From the NCBI GenBank assembly GCA_951406725.2, contig OX597814.1:175584001-175648000 (forward strand): a stretch of 64,000 bases of DNA, written 5' to 3'. Position numbers and translations under genes: made by a program. The number at the start of each line of letters is the position of its first letter. Position 1 is the first letter of the stretch. Shown piece after piece: positions 14,558 through 28,900 of this stretch. The notes beneath the pieces are model-generated. The model was not told the origin of the DNA, did not search any database, and saw only the letters and a list, made by a program, of their open reading frames with translations. This DNA comes from Octopus vulgaris (lineage: Eukaryota).

Positions 14558-14942
14558 CTAGCAGTATCGCCCGGCGTTGCTCGGGTTTGTTTCGAACCTT
14601 TAGAATTGGAATTTTTAAAAAGTAAAGATTTTGCATTATGTAGCTTGTTATTCTCTTTAAGTGAACATTTTTCTGGTTGAAATACACTGAAAAATGGTGA
14701 CACAGCAGTCAAAAAATCGTAAAAAATAGGGATTTTCATAGTAAAAAAGCACCTTTTTGATGTAAATAATTTTTGGTGTTAACATGGTCCAATTTGAATT
14801 TTATCTTCTACGGAATGAAGAGCAAGCTTTCTATCATACTCTCAATTTTGGTCAACTTGCGCCGCAGGGTCTCGGAGGAGATATTGTTAGTTGAAAGCTA
14901 CCAAACCTGCCATACACAGACAACTTCAGCTTTATATATAGA
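14558..14942 (-). mobile_element. Complete non-autonomous Helitron (385 bp)
   Basis: Minus strand begins TC(tatatataaagc) and ends with hairpin cccgagcaacgccggg plus CTAG; inserted between A and T with no TSD. Confidence 0.88.
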
Positions 14943-15274
14943 TTTACGAATTTACACTGATTTCTCTCTCTCACTTATTTCTTCTCTGTTGTAACCGTCA
15001 AATGCCACTCTCCTTTTCTTTGTTTTGTACACAACGATTATATGATCAAATACGAAGGTCTCTCGTTTCCCTCATTTAATAAATATTACCTTACTATTTC
15101 CATAACTCTCCTTCATGCCTTTTTACACCATTATTAACTTCTACTTTCCATAATCGTCTGATCATCGGAACCGAGAAACCTGGAATAAAGAGTAATGATT
15201 TGTGAATTTTCAGCTTCCAATCAATTATATATAACTCAGGTTACAGAACAGTATTCTGTCTTCTACTTCTAAAG

Positions 15275-15469
<195 letters not shown>

Positions 15470-15849
15470 ATATCTATCTATCTAGCTAGCTAGCTACAGA
15501 AACGCGTGTACATGCACACATAAAACATATCTGGCGGGAAGCTAAACCACAACTATGTATGCAATTGATCAGACCGCATGGATATTTATCGCCCGTGAGG
15601 GTCTGATAAATTGTATCGAGGACAAATGCTGCCGATGACTTATAGACAAATATGTGAGTATAATTGCATATTATGTTGATAAAGAAACAATTGTTCAGCA
15701 TTAATCTATCTTTTCGTTGTATTTCGCTTTCCTTACGTTGAAGGTAATGTTGTTTCTTCTGTGGAAACAACTTCGGTGGCTATACCAGAATAAGGTATTA
15801 TATATATATATATATCAGATTGAAAAGAAACACACAAGTTGATATATAT

Positions 15850-17550
15850 GGAAAAAAATTAAAGGTAGAAAATGCTAAAATAATTTTATGAAAAAACATT
15901 TCCGTACCGGTTTCAGTCATTGAGACTTTTTCAACAGCAAGTATGAAAACAATTAAATTTTGGAAAAATTAAAAGAAAAGTTCTTTAAAGGAATATTTGT
16001 ATAGTAAGGGGCATTTTCCTTGTTCCTGCCTGTCTCGTTTACTCTTTTGGGTTAGAGGTAGTTATGAATTCTTGGTAGGGATGAAGAAGAAGAAGAAGAA
16101 GAAGAAGAAGAAGAAGAAGAAGAAGAAGAAGAAGAAGAAGAAGAAGAAGAAGAAGAAGAAGAAGAAGAAGAAGAAGAAGAATGCGGCAATGCCATGATAG
16201 TAGTATGTTAAATGCTCAAGAGCCCTGAAAGTGACCCGTTGTGGATGGTAGTAGTGATTGAATTCTTGAGACATCTCGTTTGAATGTTTTGTTTATAAAA
16301 TTTGTGTAGGTGTTATTCTAAACAGCAATAGTGGTAAAGTTAGGAAGGAGTGTATGCGTGTGTGTGTATGTGTGTGTGTGAGCGTATGAAAACGTATGTA
16401 TGTATATGTATAAGTAAACAAGTATGTGCGTTGCATGGAGTAATGTGCTCTCCGTATTATTTGTATGTGAGTGTGTGTGTGTGGAAGTGTGTGTATGTGT
16501 GGGAGTGTGTGAGGCTGTGCATAGTGTGCGTAATGCTTTCAGATGCATGTGTGTGTAAACGTATGTGTGTTTGGGCGTATATGTGCGTATTGTAAGGGGA
16601 TTCATGGAGGTGCGAAGTGGGAAGGAGAGACGAGAGGTAAGGGTTGGTATGTGTTTGGTACTAGTGTGTGTGGAGTGGAAAGGAGTGTGGGTGTGCTTGT
16701 GCATGTGCGTGTGAGTGTGTGTATGTGTTTGCATAATGGTGTGTGTGATGTGGGTACTGAGTTAAACGGTGTACAGGTGTGGGGATGAAGAAGGACGGCA
16801 AGTGGAAGAGGTGTGAGTGAATGTGTGTAGGGGTGGGTTTAGATGAAGAAGAGTGACGAATTTAGACAATTAGGAATATATAAAAATGGAGGGAATCAAT
16901 TCTTGCTCTCGACGGAGGCAGGAGTCTTGGTAGCCTCTGTGTAGAGACAGTTCGAACATAGACAGATGTTGTAACGAATGACCAGTCGAGCGGAAGCGGT
17001 GCGAGACCGAGGTTTCGTTGCCGAGTCTTTATGTCTGAAAATGTTTGGCGAACCGGTCGGCTAAACGTCATCTCGTTTGACTAATGTACAGGAAAAGACA
17101 GACAGAGGAGATAAAGTAGATAACATTGCTTGAGGTGCTGGTAAATGAATCGGTGATCTGATAGGGGCGATGGTGGGTACCAGTGTGGGTGGTGGTGTTT
17201 CAGAGGTAGGAGTAGGTGCGATAGCGTGAGCGAGGGCAAGGGAAGGAGCCAGGCTGGGTGCCAGGAGTGTAGAAGTAGTCACGGACCGACCAGGTCAAAT
17301 AGTATGTGGGCGTTTGAAGAAGAGAAAGACTCGTTTGGGGAAGATGCGGGAAGTGGAGGAGTCAGATTGGAGACAGATTGGAGTCGGCGGAAGGCCCGAA
17401 GATTGTTGAAGGGTCAGGAGTGGAGAGGTAGTAAGTGAGAGGGGGAAAAAGATGGGTAAAAATGAACTGGTGCACGGTCAACGGATCGTGCACGGGCGAG
17501 AGCAGTTTGCATAACGGTGAGGGGGTATCCACGTAGCGTAAACTGGCGGT
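15850..17550 (-). mobile_element. Penelope-like (Neptune-type) 3' fragment interrupted by microsatellites
   Basis: Minus: TLRGYPLTV; PLTYY..LQSDSSTSRIFP; TSSNVIYFIS..LYISQTR*RLADRFAKH..VSHRFRSTGHSLQHL..RREQELI (GIY-YIG, ~16890-17140); HHR-like motif at 15902-15937. Confidence 0.75.
16082..16180. repeat. (GAA)n microsatellite
   Basis: Directly visible. Confidence 0.97.
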
Positions 17551-17589
17551 TCATGAAATGACAAATATATATTTGTATATGTTTCTACT

Positions 17590-17785
17590 TTTGGCACGAG
17601 ACCAGCAATTTCGGCGGAGTGGGTAAGTCAATTACATTGACCCCAGTACACAACTGGTACTTGTTTTTATCGATCATGAAAGGATTAAAGGCAAAGTGGA
17701 CCTCAGCGGAATTTCAACTCAGAACGTAAAGACGGACGAATATCGCTAAGTATTTTACTCGAGGTGCTAATGATTCCGCCCGCTA
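17590..17785 (-). mobile_element. SINE family A
   Basis: Reverse complement of the family A body. Confidence 0.8.
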
Positions 17786-17791
17786 GTGCAA

Positions 17792-17822
<31 letters not shown>

Positions 17823-18004
17823 CATACATACATACATACATACATACAACCCTCCACACACACATACAGAGAGAGAGAGAGGAAACAGACTCGGGCACTT
17901 GCGCACATGCATGGATGCTTAAAAATCACGGTGTGCTTGCACAGTGTGGATGAATGCACATATTACATATCGTTTGCATGTACGTGCATGTTCGCATGTC
18001 TATA

Positions 18005-18400
18005 GTCAAATAGTTAAAAAAATTCGCCTCACAGCTACAAGGTCCCGGGTTCGATCCCACTGCATGGCGTCGGGGCAAGTGTAATTTTCTATGGCCTCGA
18101 ATCGACCATTACCTTGTGAATGTCATGGGATTGGCGGACAATACATCGAAGCCTATTGGGTCAATTGTACCCTGTTATAAAAATAATACACCCTTGTTAC
18201 ATACTGTGTCACGCAGATTCAGCCGGAAAATTATGTTGAGGGTGCGCATGTTGCTCAGTCATTCTATCGTTAATTCAAGAACAAATAATCACTCGTCGTT
18301 GAACGTGACGGAAACCCTTTATGCATGTATGCGATTGCACAGGTACTGTGTGGAGGTTTGAAGCGGCACTTGAACATCCATAATAAACAAGCGGAAAATA
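18005..18400 (+). mobile_element. Diverged tRNA-derived SINE
   Basis: B-box-like ggtcccgggttcgatccc followed by ggggcaagtgt CORE-like box. Confidence 0.55.
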
Positions 18401-18539
18401 GAACCAGTGCTAAAATGAGACATTGCTGCAGTATATGTGATCAGGATTTTCAGGGCTCAAAAGTAATTTAAGACCTCATACTAAGAAAGAGCAATTATAG
18501 GTACAAGAAGAAGTCAAACTCCACAAGGAGCATATACAT

Positions 18540-18581
<42 letters not shown>

Positions 18582-18669
18582 TGTCCACAAATAAGATCCA
18601 GAGATTCTCAGTATAGAAGACACTTAGTGGTGCTTAAATGATTCAAGCTTAAACACTGATGGGTTTCAA

Positions 18670-19245
18670 TTTTTAATAACTTCCTTAACTTTACAAATAA
18701 ATTCATGAAATTTGATACAATATAAAGGACATAATGGAAATTAATATGCACAAGTCACATTTTGCAACACCACTACCTCACGTATGAAAAATGACATCGC
18801 TTAAATGGCTGCCATTTTCGGCTTCGCACGCCCATTTTCTTTCCAAAACTTGCACCATAACACCCTCAAGAATTTCAGACCCCACTTCGCTGATTTATCT
18901 ATTGATGTTCTCCTTCAGTTGCACCATGGTCTCCGGTTTGTTGATGTAAACCCTCTCTTTCAGGTATTCCCACAAGAAAAAATCACCCGGATTAGTAAAG
19001 TTTGGGGAACTTGAAGGCCAGTTGACATTGCCGTGGCGCGAGATTATTCTCTCTACAAAGCACTGCGGTAGCAACTGCATTGTTTCTCTGGCGGTATGAG
19101 CAGTTGCCCCATCTTGCTGGGACCATGTGTGAGATCTTCTGCGATGTCATTTTTCATATGTTATGTAGTGGTGTTGCAAAATTTGACTTGCGCATATAAA
19201 TTTCCATTTCATGCATTTATTTGTAAAGTTAAGGAAGTTTTTCAA
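18670..19245 (-). mobile_element. Internally deleted Tc1/mariner element (DD41D/rosa-like) with ~130-bp imperfect TIRs
   Basis: Inverted arms ~18670-18800 and 19141-19245; minus peptide QQDGATAHTA..ISRHGNVNWPSSSPNFTNPGDFFLWEYLKERVY. Confidence 0.8.
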
Positions 19246-19674
19246 TAAATAAGCACTGCCTATAATATGAGACTAGCTCTGTTTTCAGTTAAAAGGAGTT
19301 GTCCGTGCTAAATTTGATTATTCTGTTCTCGGGAATGCAGGGATGTAGAGAGAGCAGAATTTAAAATGGATTTTCAGTTTTTTTAGTTCTAGACATGGTT
19401 GTCTATCTTCGTAGCCTAGTGTATAAGCTCATATAATTCTATCCATCTATCCATACGCACATACACAAACATACAAATGTACACACACACACACACGCAC
19501 ACACATACATATATACACACGTATATGCATAAGGATTTCTCCAAAGTACTAAACATGCAGAATCTTGCTTTGAACTTAAGCGAAAGTTTACACCAGTAAT
19601 TATTAGCCTACACAACATCTTATTAGTTCATCATCATCATCGTCATTACCGTCATCATCATCATCATCATCATC

Positions 19675-19762
<88 letters not shown>

Positions 19763-19763
<1 letters not shown>

Positions 19764-22700
19764 TAGCAGAATTGCCCGGCGATGCTCGGGGCTGAATTGC
19801 TTGAAAGTACTGTTAATGATTGCACTGAATTATGATGATTATTCAGGCAAATATTGATATAAGTTTACGGCGAATGAATGTATTTGTAAGTGTATAGAAA
19901 GCCGTGTAAATGAGTTCCTAACCCCTCGTAGAATGGTGTAAGAATTGAATGTGAGGTTGCCCTGAAAAGAGCCATGTTATTGTTCTCATAATTGTAAGAA
20001 TTTGATAGTCGTGGAAGGCGGTGTAAAACGTTCGCAGGTGAATAGGGTCTCTTCGTTTTCCACGAACGGCAGCGGATGTGCTGTTACAAAACTTCATGCT
20101 GTGTTAAAAGAGAATGGATGCCCTATGTAGGCAAGAGGGAATGAAGCATGGGTAAGTAAATATGGGTAATTTATAAAATATAGAACAATAGCATCTACTC
20201 ACCATATGTCAGACCGGCAAGACTGTAGTGGTGCTGAATAGATGAATCACAACACAGTGGTGGAGATGTTTTCATTGATGGGCGTTATGATTAAATTTGT
20301 TGTTGTATAAAATGATCTGTTGCTTAGTTTCCAAAGTGTATGTTGCGATCGTGTTGTCGCTTATGTTTACTTTAACAGTGAGAGTGTAGATGTAGGGGGT
20401 AGATGTGTCATGTACGTTGGATATAGAAGATGAGACTGGTGGTTTGATGATGAATGGATAGAAATAGAGGTGAGCGAAGGACAGGTGTTGGTTAAGTGTG
20501 AATTAATGTCATGAAACGCCTAAAAATGTAAGTGCCATCATAAAAGAGAGTCGTATGTAAGTGAAATACTAACGTGTTCGAAAATGATGAAACGTAATCC
20601 TATAAAACCTCCTTATACACAATGTTTTTTGTTTTTCGTTGTGGAACGAATGCGAAAGCATCACTGTTGCTACCGACATGCGAGCAGGCAACATAAAGCT
20701 GACCATGAGAGAAACATGGCTCTCCCAAATGTATTCCCGCCACAGACAGTGCTTGACCCTGCGCTTTGTTAATTGACATTGCGAAACATGGCCTTACTGG
20801 GAACCGGGACCTCCGAAATATGAAAGGTAGGTCTGCTCCTGATGGGAAAAGATGCATCCTAGGTATGAGCACAACGTTGCCTCGACCGCACCTGTGATAA
20901 TGGTGGCCTCAATCAGATTGGAAGATAAGGACTTAACGATCAAACGTGTGCCATTGCATTGTTTTTGGGGAACCAAATTTCTAATGAGCATTATAGGGGC
21001 ACCAACTTTAAGTTTGAGAATGTGTGGTGGTAGTCCGGAGGGCTCAAAGGAATTGAGTACCTCTGTTGGATAGTTGATGACATCTTCTGGGTCAGGAATT
21101 GTATCGATATACTTATATACACAGACATCCCCATGAATGAGTTTTAGCATTTCATCATTAATATGGTGAACAGTTTTATTCTTCGGGGCCAGAATAGCCC
21201 TTTGGCCAATCCAATCCATATTCTGATAATTAGCTTGTAGATCTGGGAACACTGCATCTCTGAGATCAGAAGGCGTTTTAACAATGGTACAAATTGAATC
21301 GATAGCAATATTACCATTTTCATCCCCTGGTATTTTGCCTTCGCCAAGTGCAAGGAGGGTGTGAGAAAATGCTGCTGATGTGATATCACATCGCATATGA
21401 GCATGCATATTGGTGTAAAGTTTGAGAGTGGCCACAATGTGGATGACTTAAAACACGCACTTACTGCATCAGCTGTAGTCCCTTTGGAAATAACGGGAAG
21501 TGTTTGTCGGAAGTCCCCTGAAAGAAGAAGTGTTATGCTTCCCATGGGAGCTGAAGAGTGTTTGATATCTCTGAGAGATCTATCTAGTACCTCAAGAGCA
21601 CGTCTGTGGGCCATCGTGCATTCATCCCAAACGATAAGCTTGCATCGTCTGAAGACTTCTGCCTGATCGGAGCTGTTACTGATGTTGCAAGTTGGTGTCT
21701 CAGTCTTCGCTAAGTCAAGCAGGAGCTTGAAAGTGGAGTGAGCTGTCCTGCCGCCTGGCAACAAAGTAGCCGCAATTCCAGATGATGCCACAGCTAGGGC
21801 AATGCCTTGTGTTTGCCTAATCTCAGCCAATATTAATTTGTTGACAAAAGTTTTCCCAGTGCCCCCAGGAGCGTCCAGGAAAAAATCCCCCAGCTTTGGC
21901 CCGGACTGAATTAACAACGGAGTTGTAAGCGAACTTCTGTTCTGGAAGGAGCTTTGGCTCATTGTCGGCTATGTACTCGGCAAGCTCGTCAACACTAAAA
22001 CATGTCTCACGCAGCAAATGTGAAGACAGAGTGTTTGTGCCTACACATGCCAGGTCATCACACAGTGGGACTGAACCCAGGACCATGTGTTTGGAACGTA
22101 GTTTGTTACCACACAGCCACACCTGCCCCTATGTATGTGTGTGTGTGCGTATGTGTGTATGGGTAGATATATTATGCATGTATATATGTGTATATATATA
22201 TGTGTACATATTACATGTACATCTATATATATACATCTACACATAAAATACAAAATACTAAGTTATATCTTGATATCGCTAGTGATAACAATACTCAAAA
22301 TATATAACAGACTGGAATTGTAGGCCTATCTCTTGCAATTTCGATCAATTGGATCTTGTCCTCCCTCTTGTATAGAAGTGTACGGCTGCAGCGAAATTCA
22401 GTTTTGGACTTTCTTGTATCGAAGGCATTTTAACAAAAATGCTTCCGTAAAGACGGTGAAAATATTGTCAATTTCCCGAAACAGGGACACATTTCAATTT
22501 TTAAACAATAACCAAAGCCCCTTCTCCGAAAGGGGGAGTGTTACAGTTTACAATTATTTAACAAATGCAACGTTTACCTGACGAGGAACCAACAAACGTG
22601 ACTACAATAGTCAAACAGTAATAATAATAATAACAAACCTTCTTAATTTATCCCCATTTATGTGAAACCACTTATTCAAGTTCAAGTCATTGATGCAATT

Positions 22701-23155
22701 TTATACGAATTGCTAATACACACACACACACATAATAAGGATGAAAAATTGAATATTAATTTGATTAATATGAATTGAAAACCAGTGGTGTAGCATATAA
22801 GATCATAGCGGATCTTCCTCTAGCAAAAAGGATGACCAGTATTAATGGCTCATCCCTGTTATATAAATACTTTAACTTTAATAGTTTCACACTTGCAAAG
22901 AGAAAGTAAGAGAAATTGTGATGGTAATAGCAGGAGTAAACCACTTGAAATCAGAGAGGTAAATCGTAAAATATTGAGTTTTCTCGAATTATTGCTTAAT
23001 TGGGGGTCAAATTGAAAAAAACTTTACATGCCATGACCCAATTGAATCTACTTGGAAAAATCATAGGTAAATTCCAATTGAAGAAATTCTATATTGTAGA
23101 ATTGTATTAAAAATAAACATGGGAACTGCCTTTTATCATAAGAGATCATAAGAGA
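19763..23155 (-). mobile_element. Helitron deletion derivative (no recognisable Rep domain, helicase retained)
   Basis: 3' hairpin cccgagcatcgccggg plus CTAG at 19763; candidate 5' TCTCTTATGATAAAAGGC at 23145/23155; PIF1 helicase inside; SINE fragment inserted at ~22050. Confidence 0.85.
20600..22000 (-). pseudogene. Helitron PIF1-family helicase, frameshifted over four ORFs
   Basis: FLDAPGGTGKTF, VASSGIAATLLPGGRTAHSTF, WDECTM, GDFRQTLPV, RAILAPKN, PSGLPPH.L.LKVG, CNGTRL, FAMSINKAQGQ, FSHGQLYVA. Confidence 0.95.
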
Positions 23156-23164
23156 TATATATTA

Positions 23165-23430
23165 TCACGGTATCGACCAGACTATCGCATATTGTTGGAC
23201 ATTGCTGGTCACAATGCGCTTTGCATTGATTTTAGCTTTGGAATGAGACCCTGGTCAAAATTCCTCCTGAACGTATCCCCCGTCCCTTCAGAGTTACCCA
23301 TTTACAGCTGAGCGGGCTGGAGCATCATGAAATGAGGTGTTTTTACTCAAGTTGGTATTGCACAGCCTGTCTGGGAATCGAAACAAGGTTCATGCGATCG
23401 TAAATGCAACACTGTCGTTACTAGGCCATG
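23165..23430 (-). mobile_element. tRNA-derived SINE of a third family, related to 56080-56410
   Basis: acccatttacagctgag..tggagc..gaaatga..ctcaag..gggaatcgaa on plus is the antisense of a SINE head and core. Confidence 0.55.
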
Positions 23431-23501
23431 CATTTTCACACACACACCCACACCCACACCCACGCACATACACACACACACACACGCACACACACACACA
23501 C

Positions 23502-23541
<40 letters not shown>

Positions 23542-23758
23542 ATTTATAGAGGGCCCGTGAGAGAAATTTTAATGTGTACCAAACTGCTTCGTAAACCTGG
23601 TGGAGTTAGGAGGGGTCGTCTGTAAATTCAATTTTTGTATATGTCTTTTAAGAGAGAAAGACAGAGAGGGAGAGAGAGACAGAGAGAGGGAAATAAGAGA
23701 GACAGAGAGACAGACAGTAACGGGCCGATTCATTGACTGATAGACAGGCTGAACTTAA

Positions 23759-23835
<77 letters not shown>

Positions 23836-24054
23836 AATCTTTATTTATCTGTAATATAATATGCGATAATTATTCGGTTGCCATTATAAAACTCCGAGTT
23901 TCAGATGTTGAGGCGGAAATCTGCTCACCCACGTACGCACACTCACGTGCATGTGCCTATATGCATATGCTCACTCACACTCGCGTGAAACACATACATG
24001 CACACCCCCACACACCTATATGTATACATATATATGCAACTATACACATGTATT

Positions 24055-24411
24055 GGGGGACCAAAGACGTAACAAATATTCAGCGATGTATGGACATGAT
24101 CCAAAAAGTTCAGTTCTTGAATTTAGACATGTAGCGGTGTCTAAGCTGCTTTTCCAGATGAGCCTTATTTTCAAATCACAAAGACCGCACTTTCCACTGC
24201 CGTTGGTGTAAGGCTTACACTTGGCTAAGATCTTCCAATGGATGTTGTAACTGACACCTTTTTCTTTTAAGGACCATATATAACTGGATAATTTGGTCGT
24301 TTTTCTTTTATCTTAGCGTCTGAAGCTCAAGGTCTGATTGTTGAACCTGGTTTTAAAATTCCCCTCTGTGAGACCCACATATGTTTTTGACGAACCTATG
24401 TCCTTAGTGGT

Positions 24412-24412
<1 letters not shown>
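24055..24412 (-). mobile_element. Penelope-like GIY-YIG endonuclease fragment
   Basis: [58 protein letters not shown]; 5' end abuts (TA)n. Confidence 0.8.
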
Positions 24413-24465
<53 letters not shown>

Positions 24466-24546
24466 TATATATATATTCATATATATATATGCATATATAT
24501 ATACATATATATATATATGCATATATATATACATATATATATATGC

Positions 24547-24597
<51 letters not shown>

Positions 24598-24628
24598 CAT
24601 ACAAACATATATATATATATACACACAC

Positions 24629-24701
<73 letters not shown>

Positions 24702-24829
24702 AAATCAATGATTTCTTGCTTTTTTCATAACGCGGGTAGCACAAATAAAATCATGTTTAACTTACTGTCGGAAGACAAACATTTCATGAATATGACATAA
24801 ATGATGATGATGATGATGATTATAATAAT

Positions 24830-25041
24830 TTCAAATTTCTGCACAAAACCAGTAATGTCGGGGAAGGGCATTATCGATTACATCGACCCCTAGTGTTCAA
24901 CTGAGACTTATTTTATCGACCCTGAAAGGATGCAAGGCAAAGTTGACCTCGGCGGCATTTGAACTCAAATCGTTGAGACGAATGAAATACCAACGAGCAA
25001 TTTGCCCACCGTGCAAACCATTCCTCCAGCTTCCCGCCTTG
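24830..25041 (-). mobile_element. SINE family A
   Basis: Reverse complement of the family A body; further eroded copies are scattered over 25250-29930. Confidence 0.75.
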
Positions 25042-25160
<119 letters not shown>

Positions 25161-25902
25161 ACTGGATGTTCTTATTTGCCTCAAGGGTACGAAATAGTGG
25201 TGGTTGTCATGGTAGTGTTGGGGGCGGTATTATTACGACGTGCTGCAAATAGGCACAAGACCACACAATTTGGCAGAGAGAAAAATCGATTATATCGATT
25301 TTAGTATCTGACAGGAAGGGAATAATGAAAGGCAAAGTTGACCTTGGCAAGGATCTGAACTCAAAAAGTGTTTCCGAACGCAACTTACAGACCTTGTTTT
25401 ACTGCTTTTGCCACACAACAAACAAAACAAAACAAAACAAAGAAAGAAAGAAGCAAGCAAAACAAACTAACAATATCAACAACTACTGCTGCAGCATCAA
25501 AAATATAACTAAGAGACGACGACACAATGAAAAGAAAAGTGAGTGGGAGGGGAAAGAGTGGGAGGAAACCATCAAATAGCTAGGATGATCCAGCATCGGG
25601 CGATATCTGTGGGTTCGGCCACGACTGAGAAAAGCATAAAAGCAGTATGTTGCGTGTGTATGTCCAGTGAACTCGGTGGGAGAATCGATAGCGCGTAAAC
25701 AAACATACGATATAGTGTAATATATATATATGTGTGTGTGTGTGTGCATATATATATATGCACACACATACACACAAATGTGTGTGTGTGTGTATGTATG
25801 CATATCTATATATGAATGAGTGAATAACACGTCTGAATTGTAGATGCGTATGCGTGTCTCCTCCGTCTTTCTCACTCTGTATGTGTGGGTGTATGTGTGT
25901 AC

Positions 25903-25940
<38 letters not shown>

Positions 25941-28900
25941 TAGTGTGATTAAGTGAGTGTGTGTACGTACATGTATATGCGTGTGGGTGTGTACATGTAT
26001 GTGCACGTGTGTATGTAAACCGTGTGTGTATGTGTTTGGGTAGTGTCTACGCTCTACTCCCGCCAATAACATTGCTACTAGCAGCGCTACCACAGCCGTA
26101 TAATAATAACACAACAAACAATGACGGTCGCTGCCTCCGACGTTACCACTAACCCTTTTAAAAATTGAACATCACCGCCGACACCGTTACTAAAACAACT
26201 ACTACAAGAGCTGCCACCACCTCCACCACTACAACAACAACAACTATAGTGATAATAATAATAACAATAATCAAATAGTAACAATTATATATTGAGACAG
26301 CGCTAAAAGTAACACAACACTGTTAACTAATGATTAGCCGAACTTGAATCTGTTATTTACAAACAAAACCGTTTCCATTCAAGCATGGACGTTATGCATG
26401 GCCTGCTACAACAGGACCTCTGTGTGCTATATATATAAATTGATGAAATCTAACAAGCACGAATGCACGAGTGTACGCATGTATGCACATAAGCACACAT
26501 ACCTATATTCCATCACGGACTTATTCTTAAGTTTTTCCCATACTGTGTCTTAGTGTGTCTACGGAAAACCATAAGCCAAACATATGCAGTCGCACGTATA
26601 CATATATGCTAAGACATACACGTGTTCGAACCTACACATACAAATACGAACATACGCACACACACACACACAGACATATGCATGCAATACACGGCTTTTA
26701 ACAAACAGACGGAGAAACAGATAATTTTACTGCACTAAATACTAAAAGTTTACACACACACACACACACACACACACAGGCTCATACATTTGCACACACA
26801 CACATACATACATGTTTGCACAAACACACATATACACTTTCGCACACATAGCTATTATACAACCGTCCACGCAAACATAGGTCGCACACAACACATACAC
26901 CTACGTACACGTCCACACATAGAGAAAGATGTCTACATTAAAAACAAGCATTTATCTTCTCCCCTCTTTCGCTCCGGCTTAATTTTCGCTTGTCCGTCTG
27001 ATTGAAAAGTAATGTGGAAGTAACGAAAAGAAACAAATAGTAATCATAACTATAATAATAATAACAATAATAATAGTAATAATAATAATAAACGAAGAGA
27101 GCAAAATGAACAGCTGGCAATGACTGCATCGTAAGTACAAACATTTAACACTCTAACTCCATAACGCGCGCGAGTATGAATGCGCGTGTGCGTGTGTCTG
27201 TGCGTGCGTGAGTGTAATTTTTCTTTTCTTTCTATCTTTCTTTCTATGTCTCTTTTCTTTTCTTTTCTTCTCTCATTGTTCTTCATTTGCAAATATTGTT
27301 TGACGCAGACGATCATATCTCGTTCTTTTCTTTTTCCTTTTTTTTCTCCTTTATTCCTTGTATTCTTTCCGTGAGTTAAATCCGCGTGGAATGTTTATAT
27401 CGTTTAATGGATATACACGGGCTGTTGGATAGCAAACATGCGATGTTCCTCGCGTCCCTTTAAAGTTCCGCGTTCAAACCTAGCCCGGGTTCTGCGGTAC
27501 CTTTTAACCTTCCGGAGTTCGATACATACAAATACCAGTAAAAGACCGTGGTCGAGTGAATTCCATGGTTTTCTCCCCTATAAATTGTAGCTGCGTGTCA
27601 ATATTATACAAAAATCAATATTAATAATAGCTAGCAAGGAAAGGCAGTCAAATAGTAGAATGAAAGGACAACATGCAAAATATCTTGCAGTATTAATTTA
27701 CACCCCCTTACGTTCCGTGTTCAAATCTCAGCCGTGGCAGACTTTATATATCATTTTGGTGCATTCGACGAAATAATTACCAGTTATATATTGCGGTTTG
27801 ATTTAATTGGTAACAATCATCCGTCATAATTTGTGGTTTTGTGACCAATATAAAGAAGTTAATATCTATGGTTGTTACTGATATTAGTCTTTAACTCGCG
27901 GGTTAACTCCGAATGAGCATATCTACGATTAAAAGCATTCCAGCCGTGAGAATAGCGTCATTTTTTTTTTGTTCTTTTTCAGCCATAGCTTATTCAGGAC
28001 TACCTCATGTAATGTGTTTTTTCCCCAACCCCTTAAAGACTGTAGAGACGCATGTTGGAAAAGATTTAACTGCTACTTCTAGCATGTCCAACGCTCGCGC
28101 AGAGGCTTTCTGTCTCTCTCTCTCTCTTTCTCTCACTCTTGATATCAATAGATAACAGTGAAAGGTGGTGATTGGATAACAATTCGGTAGAGCGGCTGAC
28201 ATGGTACCTTGCGGAATTTATTACAACAATTTACGTTCCGAGTTCAAATACCGTTACAGGCTACTGAGATGGCAGTACGAATACAACACCTTAAAAAAGT
28301 ATTTAGTTTCCAACTTCTTCCTGAGTTTTGTACTTGACTGATGGTATTTCATTATTCGGACCCGGAAGTACTAGAAGCAAAACTAACCTTTAATAATAAT
28401 TCTTTCCACTTTATTTGCCAACAGGGCCCATTCATTCATACAATGACATGTAAACAAACGGGTTAGAAATATGTGATGATAAACAAAAACAAAGTTATCT
28501 ATAAAAGCAAAGTGATGCGGATGCAGAAATTATGCAATGTATTAAGACATGTTAGCTTTTTTAATGATACAAATAGTTACAATTAAATGATTGTTAATAA
28601 TTAAGAGACCCTTTTTTTTTTTAGATAAATTTATATTCAAGTACTTGGGTCAATATGATTGACTACAATCGCTCAGCTTTATGTTTTTGATAGAAATCAT
28701 CGTAGTTTATCATTGGTAGGGTGTCGAACAAAATGATCTGCTGTATTTGGTTACTTACGTCCCTTTATATTCCGAGTTCAAGTCTTACCTGTGTCTTCTC
28801 GTGCCCTTCAACAATACGACTTGTGGAGGAATGTCGGCATAAGGAATACCAGTAATTTACCTGGGTCGATTTAATTAAGTCTTCCTTCGCCCACAAAACG

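Noticed and set aside
20600-22000. Host PIF1 helicase gene
   Set aside because: Intronless, frameshifted and enclosed by Helitron termini.
25565-25630. Possible minus-strand exon after a ttttctcag acceptor
   Set aside because: No convincing donor or recognisable peptide.
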